NCBI GenBank assembly: GCA_003635265.1
Contig: PYIZ01000010.1
Coordinates: 258,626 to 322,625 of the forward strand
Length of the DNA stretch: 64,000 nucleotides
Source: Candidatus Poribacteria bacterium
GTDB taxonomy: Bacteria; Poribacteria; WGA-4E; PCPOR2b
Direction: 5' to 3'
Within the stretch, counting starts at the first letter, position 1. Each line of letters opens with the position of its first letter. Under the pieces are notes generated by a model that searched no databases, was not told the origin of the DNA, and saw only the letters and a list, made by a program, of their open reading frames with translations. The position numbers were made by a program, and so were the translations under genes. Of this stretch, positions 18,511 through 27,820 are shown one piece after another.

Positions 18511-19542
18511 ATGGATTCAACACAATCGAATCTCTATGTATACGTTTCCATCGCAGGCGAGAACAAAATTGCTATTTTCAAGATGTCGCCTGATACAGCG
18601 GCACTTACTCCCCGCGCAGAGATCTCAGTCTACAGTCCCCCTAGTATACTCACCGTCCATCCGACGCGGGACGTTCTTTACGCTGCAATTCGAGCCACGG
18701 GAGACATCATGAGTTTCCGGATCGACCAAAGCACAGGTCAACTTCAACTAATGGACACAAGGGTGACAGGTTGGGAGGATCCGGCATACCTTGAGATAGA
18801 TAAGACGGGAGAGTTTTTGATAATCCCCTACTACGTTCCCGGCAAGGTAACCGTTTACCCCCTACGAGACGACGGAACGCTTCAAAGCGAACCGAGCGAT
18901 ACACACTCGACCGGTGAACACGCGCATGGCGTCGCTATCGATCCATCAAATAGATCTGTATTTATCTCCCACACATGTCCTACCAATTCCATCTTTCAAT
19001 TCCAGTTTGATCCCAGCACTGGAAACCTCTCCCCAAACGCAACACCCCAAGTTATCCCTGAAGGCGAAGACGGACCCCGCCATATCTGCTTCCATCCGAG
19101 CCAACCCTTCGTTTATGCAGATAACGAACAGGGCAGCAGCGTAACCGCTTATAAATTCAACGCCTCCGATGGGACTCTTAGCGCCTTCCAAACGCTCCCA
19201 ACGCTGCCTGAAAGTTACGATGGCAGCAACTCCTGTGCTCGTTTGGAGATGCACCCGTCCGGGAAATTTCTGTACGTTGCGAACCGTGGTCACGATAGCA
19301 TTGCCGGCTACGTTATCAATTCCGATGGTTCGTTGAACTCCATCGGTTACTTCCCGACAGAAAAAACCCCACGTTCCTTCAGGATTGACCCGAGTGGCAA
19401 ATTTATGATTAGCGCAGGTCAGTCTGCCGACCGGCTAATCGCATACCGCATTGATGCAGATGGAGGTTATCTCTATCCGTTGGATACTTACGATGTGGGC
19501 ATGGAGCCGTGGTGGGTGCTTATCGTGAAAGGGGTAGGGTAA
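18511..19542 (+). CDS. lactonase family protein (7-bladed beta-propeller, 6-phosphogluconolactonase-like)
   Basis: The start was moved to the ATG preceded by GAGGAA. LYVYVSIAG...IAIFKM and the repeated blade pattern are typical of this family. Confidence 0.7.
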   Translation: MDSTQSNLYVYVSIAGENKIAIFKMSPDTAALTPRAEISVYSPPSILTVHPTRDVLYAAIRATGDIMSFRIDQSTGQLQLMDTRVTGWEDPAYLEIDKTGEFLIIPYYVPGKVTVYPLRDDGTLQSEPSDTHSTGEHAHGVAIDPSNRSVFISHTCPTNSIFQFQFDPSTGNLSPNATPQVIPEGEDGPRHICFHPSQPFVYADNEQGSSVTAYKFNASDGTLSAFQTLPTLPESYDGSNSCARLEMHPSGKFLYVANRGHDSIAGYVINSDGSLNSIGYFPTEKTPRSFRIDPSGKFMISAGQSADRLIAYRIDADGGYLYPLDTYDVGMEPWWVLIVKGVG

Positions 19543-19592
19543 TCGGCAAATCGCTCGTTACTTTAGCAAGGTATGATGCAAGGGTAGCAAGT

Positions 19593-20516
19593 TCAGAACC
19601 GGGACGCTTCGTGCAATTGATGATAGCGATCTTCTATCTCAGATCGCGTCAGTCGACGTTGTCGGTTCAGGCTGAAATCCTCAACATTGAAGGAAGCGAC
19701 CACTGTTCCGTAGATAATCGCTTTGCGGATCGCCGACTCCGAAGTCTCTCCAACAGAAGCGAGATACCCCAAAAATCCACCAGCGAAGCTGTCGCCTGCT
19801 CCAGTTGGGTCCGATACAGAATCCAACGGATACGCAGGCGCGGCAAAGAACGTGGAATCGGTCAGGGTAATCGCCCCATGTTCCCCTTTTTTGATGACAA
19901 CTCGACTCGGACCGTAGGTGAGAATCTGCTTCCCAGCACGGATCAAGTTATCTTCTCCCGTCAATAGACGCGCTTCCCCATCATTTAGGATCAAGATATC
20001 CACTTCGCCTAGTGTCTGCATCAACGCGTCAAGACTGTTATTTATCCAGAGATTCATCGTATCACATACGATCAATTCTGGCGATACCGCCTGCCGAAGC
20101 ACATTCAGTTGCAATTCAGGATTTATGTTGGCTAGGAAAACGTAAGGGGTGTCTCTATACGTTTCCGGTAGTTTCGGATCAAAGTCGCCGTAGACATTTA
20201 GGTCTGTAAAAAGCGTCGTCGCAGCGTTGAGATCCCCGGTGTAGTCTCCGCCCCAACGGAAGGTTTTACCGCCTTGAATCTGTTCCAGCCCTTCAAGTCC
20301 AATCCCCCGCGCATCCAAGAAATCAAGATGCTTTTGCGGAAAATCATCTCCAACAACAGCGACCAGCCGGATAGAATCATAGAAAAAACTCGCCGCGGTC
20401 GAGAAATAGATAGCCGATCCGCCAAGTGCGTTTTCAACTTCGCCGGCATGGGTTTTAACATCGTCCAACCCTACGGACCCGACGACTAAAATACTCATAT
20501 CAACCTCGTGACTCAA
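19593..20516 (-). CDS. PfkB-family carbohydrate kinase
   Basis: PfkB signature DPTGAGDSFAGGFLGYL and N-terminal VVGSVGLDDV. Confidence 0.8.
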   Translation of the reverse strand: MSHEVDMSILVVGSVGLDDVKTHAGEVENALGGSAIYFSTAASFFYDSIRLVAVVGDDFPQKHLDFLDARGIGLEGLEQIQGGKTFRWGGDYTGDLNAATTLFTDLNVYGDFDPKLPETYRDTPYVFLANINPELQLNVLRQAVSPELIVCDTMNLWINNSLDALMQTLGEVDILILNDGEARLLTGEDNLIRAGKQILTYGPSRVVIKKGEHGAITLTDSTFFAAPAYPLDSVSDPTGAGDSFAGGFLGYLASVGETSESAIRKAIIYGTVVASFNVEDFSLNRQRRLTRSEIEDRYHQLHEASRF

Positions 20517-20583
20517 TCTGATGAGAATCGGCTTGCTATGTCAAAGTGAATAGGAGTTACGTATTTCCGTATGGAGCCTTTGC

Positions 20584-20665
20584 TGTAGTTGCCCGATTCA
20601 TCGGGCGTTGGGAACGGTGTCCAGCGGCGATAAATCGCCGAACTACAATCAACTGCGTAAGTCCT
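20584..20665. repeat. TGTAG...CTACA palindromic element with flanking CTGCGTAAGTCCT
   Basis: The 64-nt core is TGTAGTTGCCCGATTCATCGGGCG...GGCGATAAATCGCCGAACTACA. A near-identical core occurs at 33133-33196 in inverted order. The flank 13-mer recurs at 54200-54212 (minus strand, 1 mismatch). Confidence 0.65.
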
Positions 20666-20673
20666 GAGTGGAT

Positions 20674-20910
20674 TTAGAAAGGAAAGGGACCCTGACGGTT
20701 TTTGTTTTCGCGTAGTGCTGTGATGACACGCCGAACCCGCCGAATCAAGATAGTAACAAGGACAACTAATAACACAAATTGCGTTATCTGCAGGAATGTG
20801 AGAAGTCCGCCAGATGCTGCGTGTTGGTTGGAGGCGAATATCCAGATTGGTACGAGTAAAATTGCTGCCAAGAGTAATATGATATTTTCCCAGAGATCCG
20901 AATTTTTCAT
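20674..20910 (-). CDS. small hypothetical two-TM membrane protein (78 aa)
   Basis: Two clear hydrophobic helices with a basic tail (RRVRRVITALRENKNR). I recognise no homology. Confidence 0.4.
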   Translation of the reverse strand: MKNSDLWENIILLLAAILLVPIWIFASNQHAASGGLLTFLQITQFVLLVVLVTILIRRVRRVITALRENKNRQGPFPF

Positions 20911-21428
20911 AAGTTAAGCCTCCTGTACTTTTTTCACCGCCCATCGGATGGCATCAATAATCAGATCGGGCTGATCCTGTTGATTGACATACTCCGCAAA
21001 CCTAAAGGATTGGGATTCTTATCCCGATTTATCGGGACTCCGAGAATCGGAGCGCGCTTCCTTTCCGATAGGAGTGCTAATTGTGCGGTCAAACACGGCT
21101 GCGAACCGAAGTCCGTCTTACATACCGCTAACGCAATGGACAATGCCCTGCCCACTGCCCACAAGAGCAACTTTGGCGAGGCTATAGGGTATTCCGATAC
21201 CCGTCGGTATCATCAAACTATGGTGGATTTGAACCCGACTCATAGCAGGTGGAATACCCAACCTCTGAAAAGAAGGATACTACATTTTTATAGCAAGCTC
21301 AACAAAAAACAATGCTAAAGCAATCTGTATCCCAAGCGTAAACGCTTGGGTTTTAGACCTAAAGGAAGTTTCGATAAAATGACCGCTCTTTGTCACAACC
21401 TTTAGCATCTTACGTTTTACGTTTTACG

Positions 21429-22691
21429 CTACGTTCCCATCGTCCAAGAATTGAGATAAGTCTCCTGCTCTTCTGTCAAATCATCAATTGCAACGCCGAG
21501 GGCTTGCAGCTTCAGTGTTGCGATAGAATCGTCCAGTTCTTCCGGCACGTCATAAACGCGGTTTTCCATCTGCTCATAGTTTTTAACAGCATACTCCGCA
21601 GACAACGCCTGATTTGCAAAACTCATGTCCATAACGCTAGCGGGGTGTCCCTCCGCCGATGCGAGATTGATAAGCCTTCCTTCGCCCAGTAGATAAAGTT
21701 TGCGCCCATCCTTGAGGGAATATTCCTCGACTAACTCCCGCGTCGTTCTCACCTCGGTGCTCAAATCCTTGAGATCAGGGATATTAATTTCGACATTAAA
21801 ATGCCCCGAATTGCAGATAATCGCGCCATCCTTCATCGCTTCAAAATGCTCGCGGCGCAAGACATGAATATTGCCCGTTAAGGTGACAACCAAATCGGCT
21901 TCGGCAACGGCCTGAATCATCGGCAAAACGCGGAAGCCATCCATCACCGCTTCCAGTGCATTTAACGGATCAACCTCCGTGACGATGACATTTGCGCCTA
22001 ATCCCCGCGCCCGATCCGCAAAACCTCGACCACACCATCCGTAGCCAGCGACCGCAACAGTCGTACCGGCAACAAGCAGATTAGTCGCACGAATGATGCC
22101 GTCCAGTGTGCTCTGCCCGGTCCCGTAACGATTATCAAAGAAATGTTTGGTCTTGGCGTCGTTTACAGCAATGATCGGATACCGCAGGACACCTTCGGAG
22201 GCCATGCTCTTGAGGCGGATGACTCCCGTTGTCGTCTCCTCTGTTCCGGCGAGTACATTTTCCACGTAAGAAGGATTTGCATCTTCAGCGTGCAGCCGAG
22301 AAACTAGATCCGCACCATCATCCATAGTGATCGCCGGTTTGAAGCTGACCGCTTCATCAATATGTTGGTAATAGGTCTCGGTGTCCTCCCCTTTGATTGC
22401 AAAAATGGGAATGCCATCATGTGCAACAAGCGATGCGGCAACATCGTCCTGCGTACTCAGCGGGTTAGAGGCGCACAAGAGCACTTCAGCGCCCCCCGCT
22501 TTCAGTGCTCGGGCTAAGTTTGCCGTTTCCGTCGTAACATGCAAACAGGCAGAAATCCGCACTCCTTCGAGGGGACGTTCCTGCTCAAACCGTTGGCGAA
22601 TCAAACGCAGAACAGGCATGAAACGATCTGCCCAGTCAATTCGCCGCTTTCCATCGTCTGCGAGTTCTTGGTCTTTGATATCGTGATTCAT
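21429..22691 (-). CDS. ahcY: adenosylhomocysteinase (S-adenosyl-L-homocysteine hydrolase)
   Basis: The start was trimmed to [14 protein letters not shown]..., preceded by GGAGG and 11 nt after the metK stop. NAD fold [10 protein letters not shown] and HFNVEI are characteristic. Confidence 0.9.
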   Translation of the reverse strand: MNHDIKDQELADDGKRRIDWADRFMPVLRLIRQRFEQERPLEGVRISACLHVTTETANLARALKAGGAEVLLCASNPLSTQDDVAASLVAHDGIPIFAIKGEDTETYYQHIDEAVSFKPAITMDDGADLVSRLHAEDANPSYVENVLAGTEETTTGVIRLKSMASEGVLRYPIIAVNDAKTKHFFDNRYGTGQSTLDGIIRATNLLVAGTTVAVAGYGWCGRGFADRARGLGANVIVTEVDPLNALEAVMDGFRVLPMIQAVAEADLVVTLTGNIHVLRREHFEAMKDGAIICNSGHFNVEINIPDLKDLSTEVRTTRELVEEYSLKDGRKLYLLGEGRLINLASAEGHPASVMDMSFANQALSAEYAVKNYEQMENRVYDVPEELDDSIATLKLQALGVAIDDLTEEQETYLNSWTMGT

Positions 22692-22702
22692 AGCTTCGCC
22701 TC

Positions 22703-23857
22703 CTACACACCTGCCTCTGACTTCAGCAGGTCTGCATAGTCCGTCAATTCCCATGTGAAGCCCGGCTCTTCACGTCCGAAATGCCCATAAGCCGCTGTGG
22801 CTGAGTAAATCGGTCTCCGGAGTTCAAGACGCTCAATAATCCCAGCCGGTGTCAGATCGAAATGCTTCGTCACAAGCTGCGTCAGTTTCTCATCGGGGAC
22901 TGTGCCTGTGCCAAAAGTATCGAGCATAATCGAGATCGGTTCAACAACACCAATGGCATAAGAGAGCTGGACTTCACATTGATCTGCCAATCCGGCAGCA
23001 ACGATGTTTTTCGCAACGTGCCTTGCCGCATACGCAGCGCTCCGATCTACCTTCGTCGGATCTTTGCCAGAAAATGCCCCGCCACCGTGCCTGCCCATGC
23101 CTCCATAAGTGTCAGCAATAATTTTTCGACCCGTTAATCCACAATCGCCTTGCGGTCCCCCGACAACGAAACGCCCCGTCGGATTGACATGGTAGGTGAT
23201 GTCAGATTGCTTTTGACGCAATTCGTCAGGAATGACAGGTTTGATAATTTCTTCGATGACGGCTTCTCTTAAATCTTCATTCGTAACTTCCGGATCATGC
23301 TGCGTCGAAATCACAACAGTATCAATACTTACAGGTTGTCCGTCGGCATATTCAACTGTTACCTGCGACTTGCCATCGGGCCTTAGGAAGTCCAATATAC
23401 CCTCTTTCCGTAACTGTGCAAGCCGGTGTGTCAGTCTATGCGCCAATATAATCGGCATTGGCATCAGTTCTGGAGTCTCGCGGCAAGCATAGCCGAACAT
23501 CATCCCCTGATCGCCGGCGCCGAGCCGATCCACACCCATTGCAATATCCGCTGATTGCTCGTCAATTGCAGTCAACAACGCGCAGTGTTCATAGTCAAAT
23601 CCGTAAGTCGCCCTAATGTAGCCAACCTGTTGGATAGTGTGCCGGACGAGTGCGGGAATATCAATGAAGTTCGCTGAGGTCGTCATTTCACCAGTAATGA
23701 GTGCCAGTCCGGTTGTTACCAACGTTTCGCAGGCGACACGCCCCATCGGATCCTCTTCCATAACCGCGTCAAGCACGGCATCAGAAATCTGATCTGCAAG
23801 TTTATCGGGATGTCCTTCAGTTACAGATTCAGATGTAAATACATAGTTTTGAGCCAA
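22703..23857 (-). CDS. metK: S-adenosylmethionine synthetase
   Basis: [25 protein letters not shown] and [16 protein letters not shown] motifs. It uses a TTG start with AGGAGA 7 nt upstream. Confidence 0.95.
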   Translation of the reverse strand: MAQNYVFTSESVTEGHPDKLADQISDAVLDAVMEEDPMGRVACETLVTTGLALITGEMTTSANFIDIPALVRHTIQQVGYIRATYGFDYEHCALLTAIDEQSADIAMGVDRLGAGDQGMMFGYACRETPELMPMPIILAHRLTHRLAQLRKEGILDFLRPDGKSQVTVEYADGQPVSIDTVVISTQHDPEVTNEDLREAVIEEIIKPVIPDELRQKQSDITYHVNPTGRFVVGGPQGDCGLTGRKIIADTYGGMGRHGGGAFSGKDPTKVDRSAAYAARHVAKNIVAAGLADQCEVQLSYAIGVVEPISIMLDTFGTGTVPDEKLTQLVTKHFDLTPAGIIERLELRRPIYSATAAYGHFGREEPGFTWELTDYADLLKSEAGV

Positions 23858-24556
23858 TTGAGTTTCTCCTGATTAGATACCATTCTACACTGAAAGAGGA
23901 AACCTCTTCAGTGCATGAAAAATCCTTCATAGTGCTTGTTCTTGAGCAGCACAAAGGTTCGGACGAATCACGATTAATCGGTGCACATACTAAACATAAT
24001 CCTCAGCCCGATCTCAAGGCATGAAAAATCCTTATCAGTTCTTATGGATTTCCAACAATCCCATCGGGTATTGTTGAGGATAGCAGCCTGTCACTCAGCC
24101 CTTGAGGCAGTCTGCTAATTCTAAATCCGTTGTCTTGCTTGCTTAACCCAGCAGACAAACGGACTAGCATGAGGCGTGATAAGCGATACACAGTAACACG
24201 CGCGTACCATAGTGAAGAGATGAGAACCGCTTGTTACCAGCCGCGAAAGGCTTGAAGCAACAGAGGAAGGATAACGGTAAGGTCTTAGATATATTCAAAA
24301 AATGTTGTGCTATCACATAACCCATGAGCAGCCGGAAAGCAGCCGCAACCATACACGAAACGTGAAGCGCGAAAGACAGGACAGCTCACTTCACGCCCCA
24401 TATCAGCGACTGAATAGCGGATCTACACCATTGAGCCCTTCGCTGAAGGCGGAGCGATAGCAATCTGTAATTTGCAACGATGCGAAATAATTCAATAGCA
24501 CATAAACGCTCAGATTCAAAACAGAGAGAAATTTAATCTCCCCAAACACCTACATG
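23858..24556 (-). promoter_or_regulatory. 700-bp structured non-coding leader/spacer between rpsA and metK-ahcY
   Basis: No credible ORF. Several strong hairpins are present, for example 23888-23913 and CAACAAT..ATTGTTG near 24054-24077. A 15-nt direct repeat (minus strand AAGGATTTTTCATGC) sits at 23913-23927 and 24019-24033, and each copy forms SD + AUG + one codon + UGA. Confidence 0.35.
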
Positions 24557-26650
24557 TCATTTTTCTTCAGAAGTCTCCTCCGAATTGTCTTCAGAACCAG
24601 ATCTATTTAGTTCTTGCCTTAATAAACCCCCAAATGCTGTCAGTTCCTCCTGGTCTTTCTGTTGAGGCTCGGAACGTTCTTCCTGTTCTTGTTGATACTG
24701 AGTAATGGTTGCACGCTCTTGTTCAGCCTGTGCAGCTTTCAAGGACAAACCAATTCGCCGTTCCGTCGGATCTAGATGAATCACTTTCAGATTCAATTCC
24801 TCACCAACCGAAACGATATCTTCTGGCTTCTCAATCCGCTGTTCAGCGAGTTCAGAAATATGGATTAACCCTTCAATATCATCTTCAAGTTGTGCAAACA
24901 CACCGAAGCTGGTTATATTCACAACCTTACCACGAACCACGGATCCAATTTTATACTTATTCGGAACCTCTATCCACGGATCTGGTTCAATCTGCTTGAG
25001 CCCCAGCGAAATCTTCTGTTGCGCCGAATCAATGCTTAAAACCATGACCTCAACTTCATCACCTTCCTTGAGAACCTCGCGCGGATCAACAATTCGCTTC
25101 AGCCAAGAAAGATCTGAAATATGGATCAAACCATCGATGCCCTCTTCGATTTCAACGAACGCACCAAAATTGGTCAGATTACGTACGCGCCCCGTGAGTT
25201 TTGTTCCGACAGGATATTTTGTCTCCAAAAGTTCCCACGGATTCGGGTGCAGTTGCTTCAATCCGAGCGATAACTTCTGGTTGTCCTTGTCGATATCCAG
25301 AACAACGGCGTCAATGACATCATCTTTTGCGACAACCTTTGACGGCGCAATGTTTCGCCGTGTCCACGACATCTCCGATATATGGATGAGCCCTTCAACC
25401 CCCTCTTCCAACTCCAGAAATGCCCCGTAGTTGACAATCCCCACCACTTTTCCTGTTACAGTGGAACTAATCGGGTATTTCTTTTCAACGGATTCCCATG
25501 GATCCAGCGTCTTCTGCTTCAATCCGAGAGAGACCTTCTCCGTGTCGCGATCAACGGAGATCACCATCACCTCTATCTCATCTCCCACGGCAACCACCTC
25601 AGACGGATGGTTGACTCGACGCCACGACATATCTGTCTTGTGGAGCAACCCATCAATGCCGCCGAGATCCACAAATGCACCAAAGGTCGTAATACTCTTC
25701 ACAACCCCGGATCTAATTTGGTTCGTTTCGATGTTCTCAAAGAGAGCAGTTTTTTGCGCGGCCAACTCCTCTTCGAGAATCACACGGCGTGACAAGACAA
25801 TATTACGGCGACGTTTGCTCAGTTTAACAACCTTCGCTTCAAGTGTCTGACCGATATACTGTTCAAAATCTTGTGGAGGTCGCAATTCAATCTGAGACGC
25901 CGGCAGGAAAGCACGTAACTTCCCAAGGTCTACTTGTAGCCCGCCCTTAATGCGCTGCACGACGGTGCCTGCCACAACTCGTCCTGCTTCGTAAGCCTCT
26001 GTGATTTCATCCCAGACCAATTTCTGGTCGGCAATCTCTTTGGATAAAACAAGCTGACCTTCGGAATCTTCTCTCCGGACGATGTACACATCAATCTGGT
26101 CACCAACATTTACAGTGGGCGTACGCTCGTCACTAACCGGAAATTCCGATACAGGGATATATCCTTCGGATTTGAACCCAATATCAACCATAACTTCGTC
26201 ATGATCGACGTTAATCACCGTTCCCTTGACAATTTCCCCCTCTGAAAAAGCTCTAAGGGAATTGTCATAAGCCTCTTCAAGGGATTCGATTTCCGTAAGC
26301 TCCGGTGTCGCTTCCGGCGCATCGCTAGATGCTTCTGCTGTTGTTGATTCATCAACAGAGGAAGTCTCATCGGTCACCTCGGCTTCGTCCGATTCGCCTT
26401 CAGACGGAGGAATCTCTTCACCACTTTCTCCCGTCTCCTCTGTTGGCTGTGCCCCCTCTGCCTCATCTTGTGGCTGATCCGCTACCGCAGGTTGCTCATC
26501 TGACTGCGTATCTTCGTCAGTCACTGGAGAAGCGTCCAACGCCTCCTGAGTCTCAACTGCACCGGTGTCTTCCACTTCGGCTGTGGGCTGATCTGGTGTT
26601 TCCTGTTCCTTTTTTGAATCCTCGTTCATCATGTAACTGGCTCTATTCAA
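24557..26650 (-). CDS. rpsA: 30S ribosomal protein S1 with acidic N- and C-terminal extensions
   Basis: Six S1 (OB-fold) repeats are recognisable, e.g. GxVxxxxxFGAFVxL.GxxGLxHxS. About 130 aa of D/E/T-rich N-terminal low-complexity sequence is present. The exact start is uncertain. Confidence 0.9.
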   Translation of the reverse strand: MNRASYMMNEDSKKEQETPDQPTAEVEDTGAVETQEALDASPVTDEDTQSDEQPAVADQPQDEAEGAQPTEETGESGEEIPPSEGESDEAEVTDETSSVDESTTAEASSDAPEATPELTEIESLEEAYDNSLRAFSEGEIVKGTVINVDHDEVMVDIGFKSEGYIPVSEFPVSDERTPTVNVGDQIDVYIVRREDSEGQLVLSKEIADQKLVWDEITEAYEAGRVVAGTVVQRIKGGLQVDLGKLRAFLPASQIELRPPQDFEQYIGQTLEAKVVKLSKRRRNIVLSRRVILEEELAAQKTALFENIETNQIRSGVVKSITTFGAFVDLGGIDGLLHKTDMSWRRVNHPSEVVAVGDEIEVMVISVDRDTEKVSLGLKQKTLDPWESVEKKYPISSTVTGKVVGIVNYGAFLELEEGVEGLIHISEMSWTRRNIAPSKVVAKDDVIDAVVLDIDKDNQKLSLGLKQLHPNPWELLETKYPVGTKLTGRVRNLTNFGAFVEIEEGIDGLIHISDLSWLKRIVDPREVLKEGDEVEVMVLSIDSAQQKISLGLKQIEPDPWIEVPNKYKIGSVVRGKVVNITSFGVFAQLEDDIEGLIHISELAEQRIEKPEDIVSVGEELNLKVIHLDPTERRIGLSLKAAQAEQERATITQYQQEQEERSEPQQKDQEELTAFGGLLRQELNRSGSEDNSEETSEEK

Positions 26651-27181
26651 AACCCGATGACGGCATTAGATTTGATAGATTTGATTCACCAGCTCCTCCT
26701 TTTTTAAGGTGACTAATGACCTATATTAGGTCAAAATCCTGACATAGGTTAAACATATTATAGTATAGCACAAATGGCAGAAAGACGCAACGGAATTTCT
26801 AAATGGATATAAATATCTGAATTAACAGAGAAAACTAGGAGATTAGACGGAGAACAGTAGATAGTAAATGCAGTCCTCACGGACGTTCTTAGGGGATATA
26901 TGAGAATGCATGACTTTTTCCAATACAGCTTTTTTCATTGCAGAATTGACTCCGCTCTGCTATGATAGCTTGCGCTCCACTATATTCTCAGTTAATCAGC
27001 ACCTAGGCTTACACCTACAGAATCCAAGACGATGTTACGAAGATTTTTACTCAAAAAAAACAGATTCGTTGGATTTTCCCGATCGGTTTCTGTATACTTT
27101 TAATTAGACATCTTGGAAATGTGAAATCTGCTTGGCGCGGTTTCAGACCAACTAGCATAGGACCCCATTAAGGAAATCATA

Positions 27182-27820
27182 ATGGAAAAGCAGCAAATCA
27201 TAATGGAATTGGAGTTTTCCGAATATGAAGCGTTGCGCCAAGAAATTATAGCAAATGCCGGGATAATCGCTGATGTTTTCACCATAAGTATTACAGCGGC
27301 AGTTGTGATCCTCGGATATGGCGTTCAGAGGGAGCAGGAAACGGAGGGCGATACAGGTAGTTGGCTTCTGTTTCTGTGTCCTCTTGCGATATTGGCTCCC
27401 TCACTATGGTTTATATCCTCACAATTGGAGTCAACGGTACGAATTGCGACATATATTCAGACGTTCATTGAGACAGGGCAGGATGTGCTGAATTGGGAGA
27501 CGAGACTCTCGCTATTGCGCCAAGCTGGTACAAGTTCCGGTACGCTGTACACATTTTCAATTTCAACTGTATATATGGGATTAGGCCTAGTTTCATTGGT
27601 TCTTTCGATCTGTTATGTGTTCAAGAATAAACGAGAAACAAGAGCCAGAATTGTCCGCATAGCATTTTGTTTGGCGTTGTTCGTCCCCATGGTGATCGCC
27701 TGCCATCAATTTAATATGCGATTAACCCCAAAATTTACCCAAGAGTATAAGGAAAAATGGGAAGCCGTGGGACGCTTGGAGAAGGAAAATAATGCACATT
27801 CACAACCCACGCTCAAATAA
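27182..27820 (+). CDS. hypothetical four-TM membrane protein (AT-rich gene)
   Basis: 212 aa with four hydrophobic helices and no motif I recognise. It overlaps the thiO start by 29 nt. One sampled 60-nt line is 35% GC. Confidence 0.5.
   Translation: MEKQQIIMELEFSEYEALRQEIIANAGIIADVFTISITAAVVILGYGVQREQETEGDTGSWLLFLCPLAILAPSLWFISSQLESTVRIATYIQTFIETGQDVLNWETRLSLLRQAGTSSGTLYTFSISTVYMGLGLVSLVLSICYVFKNKRETRARIVRIAFCLALFVPMVIACHQFNMRLTPKFTQEYKEKWEAVGRLEKENNAHSQPTLK

Noticed and set aside
21221-21262. GGATTTGAACCC on the plus strand, the reverse complement of a GGGTTCAAATCC T-loop, suggesting a minus-strand tRNA.
   Set aside because: I could not build T-stem pairing, an acceptor stem or an anticodon arm around it. 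At most it is a tRNA-derived fragment. The surrounding 20911-21428 region is repeat- and hairpin-rich non-coding DNA.
23858-24160. A known SAM or SAH riboswitch class upstream of metK-ahcY.
   Set aside because: I could not find the SAM-I CUUAUCAAGAG/GAGGGA/GGUGCYAAWUCC blocks or other class consensus segments by eye. The region is kept as an unexplained structured leader, not as a named riboswitch.
24326-24346. GAGCAGCCGGAAAGCAGCCGC resembles the SRP RNA domain IV string (..GGUCCGGAAGGAAGCAGCC..).
   Set aside because: The flanks do not pair around a GGAA tetraloop; the two halves are a direct repeat rather than an inverted one. No extended SRP helix can be drawn on either strand.
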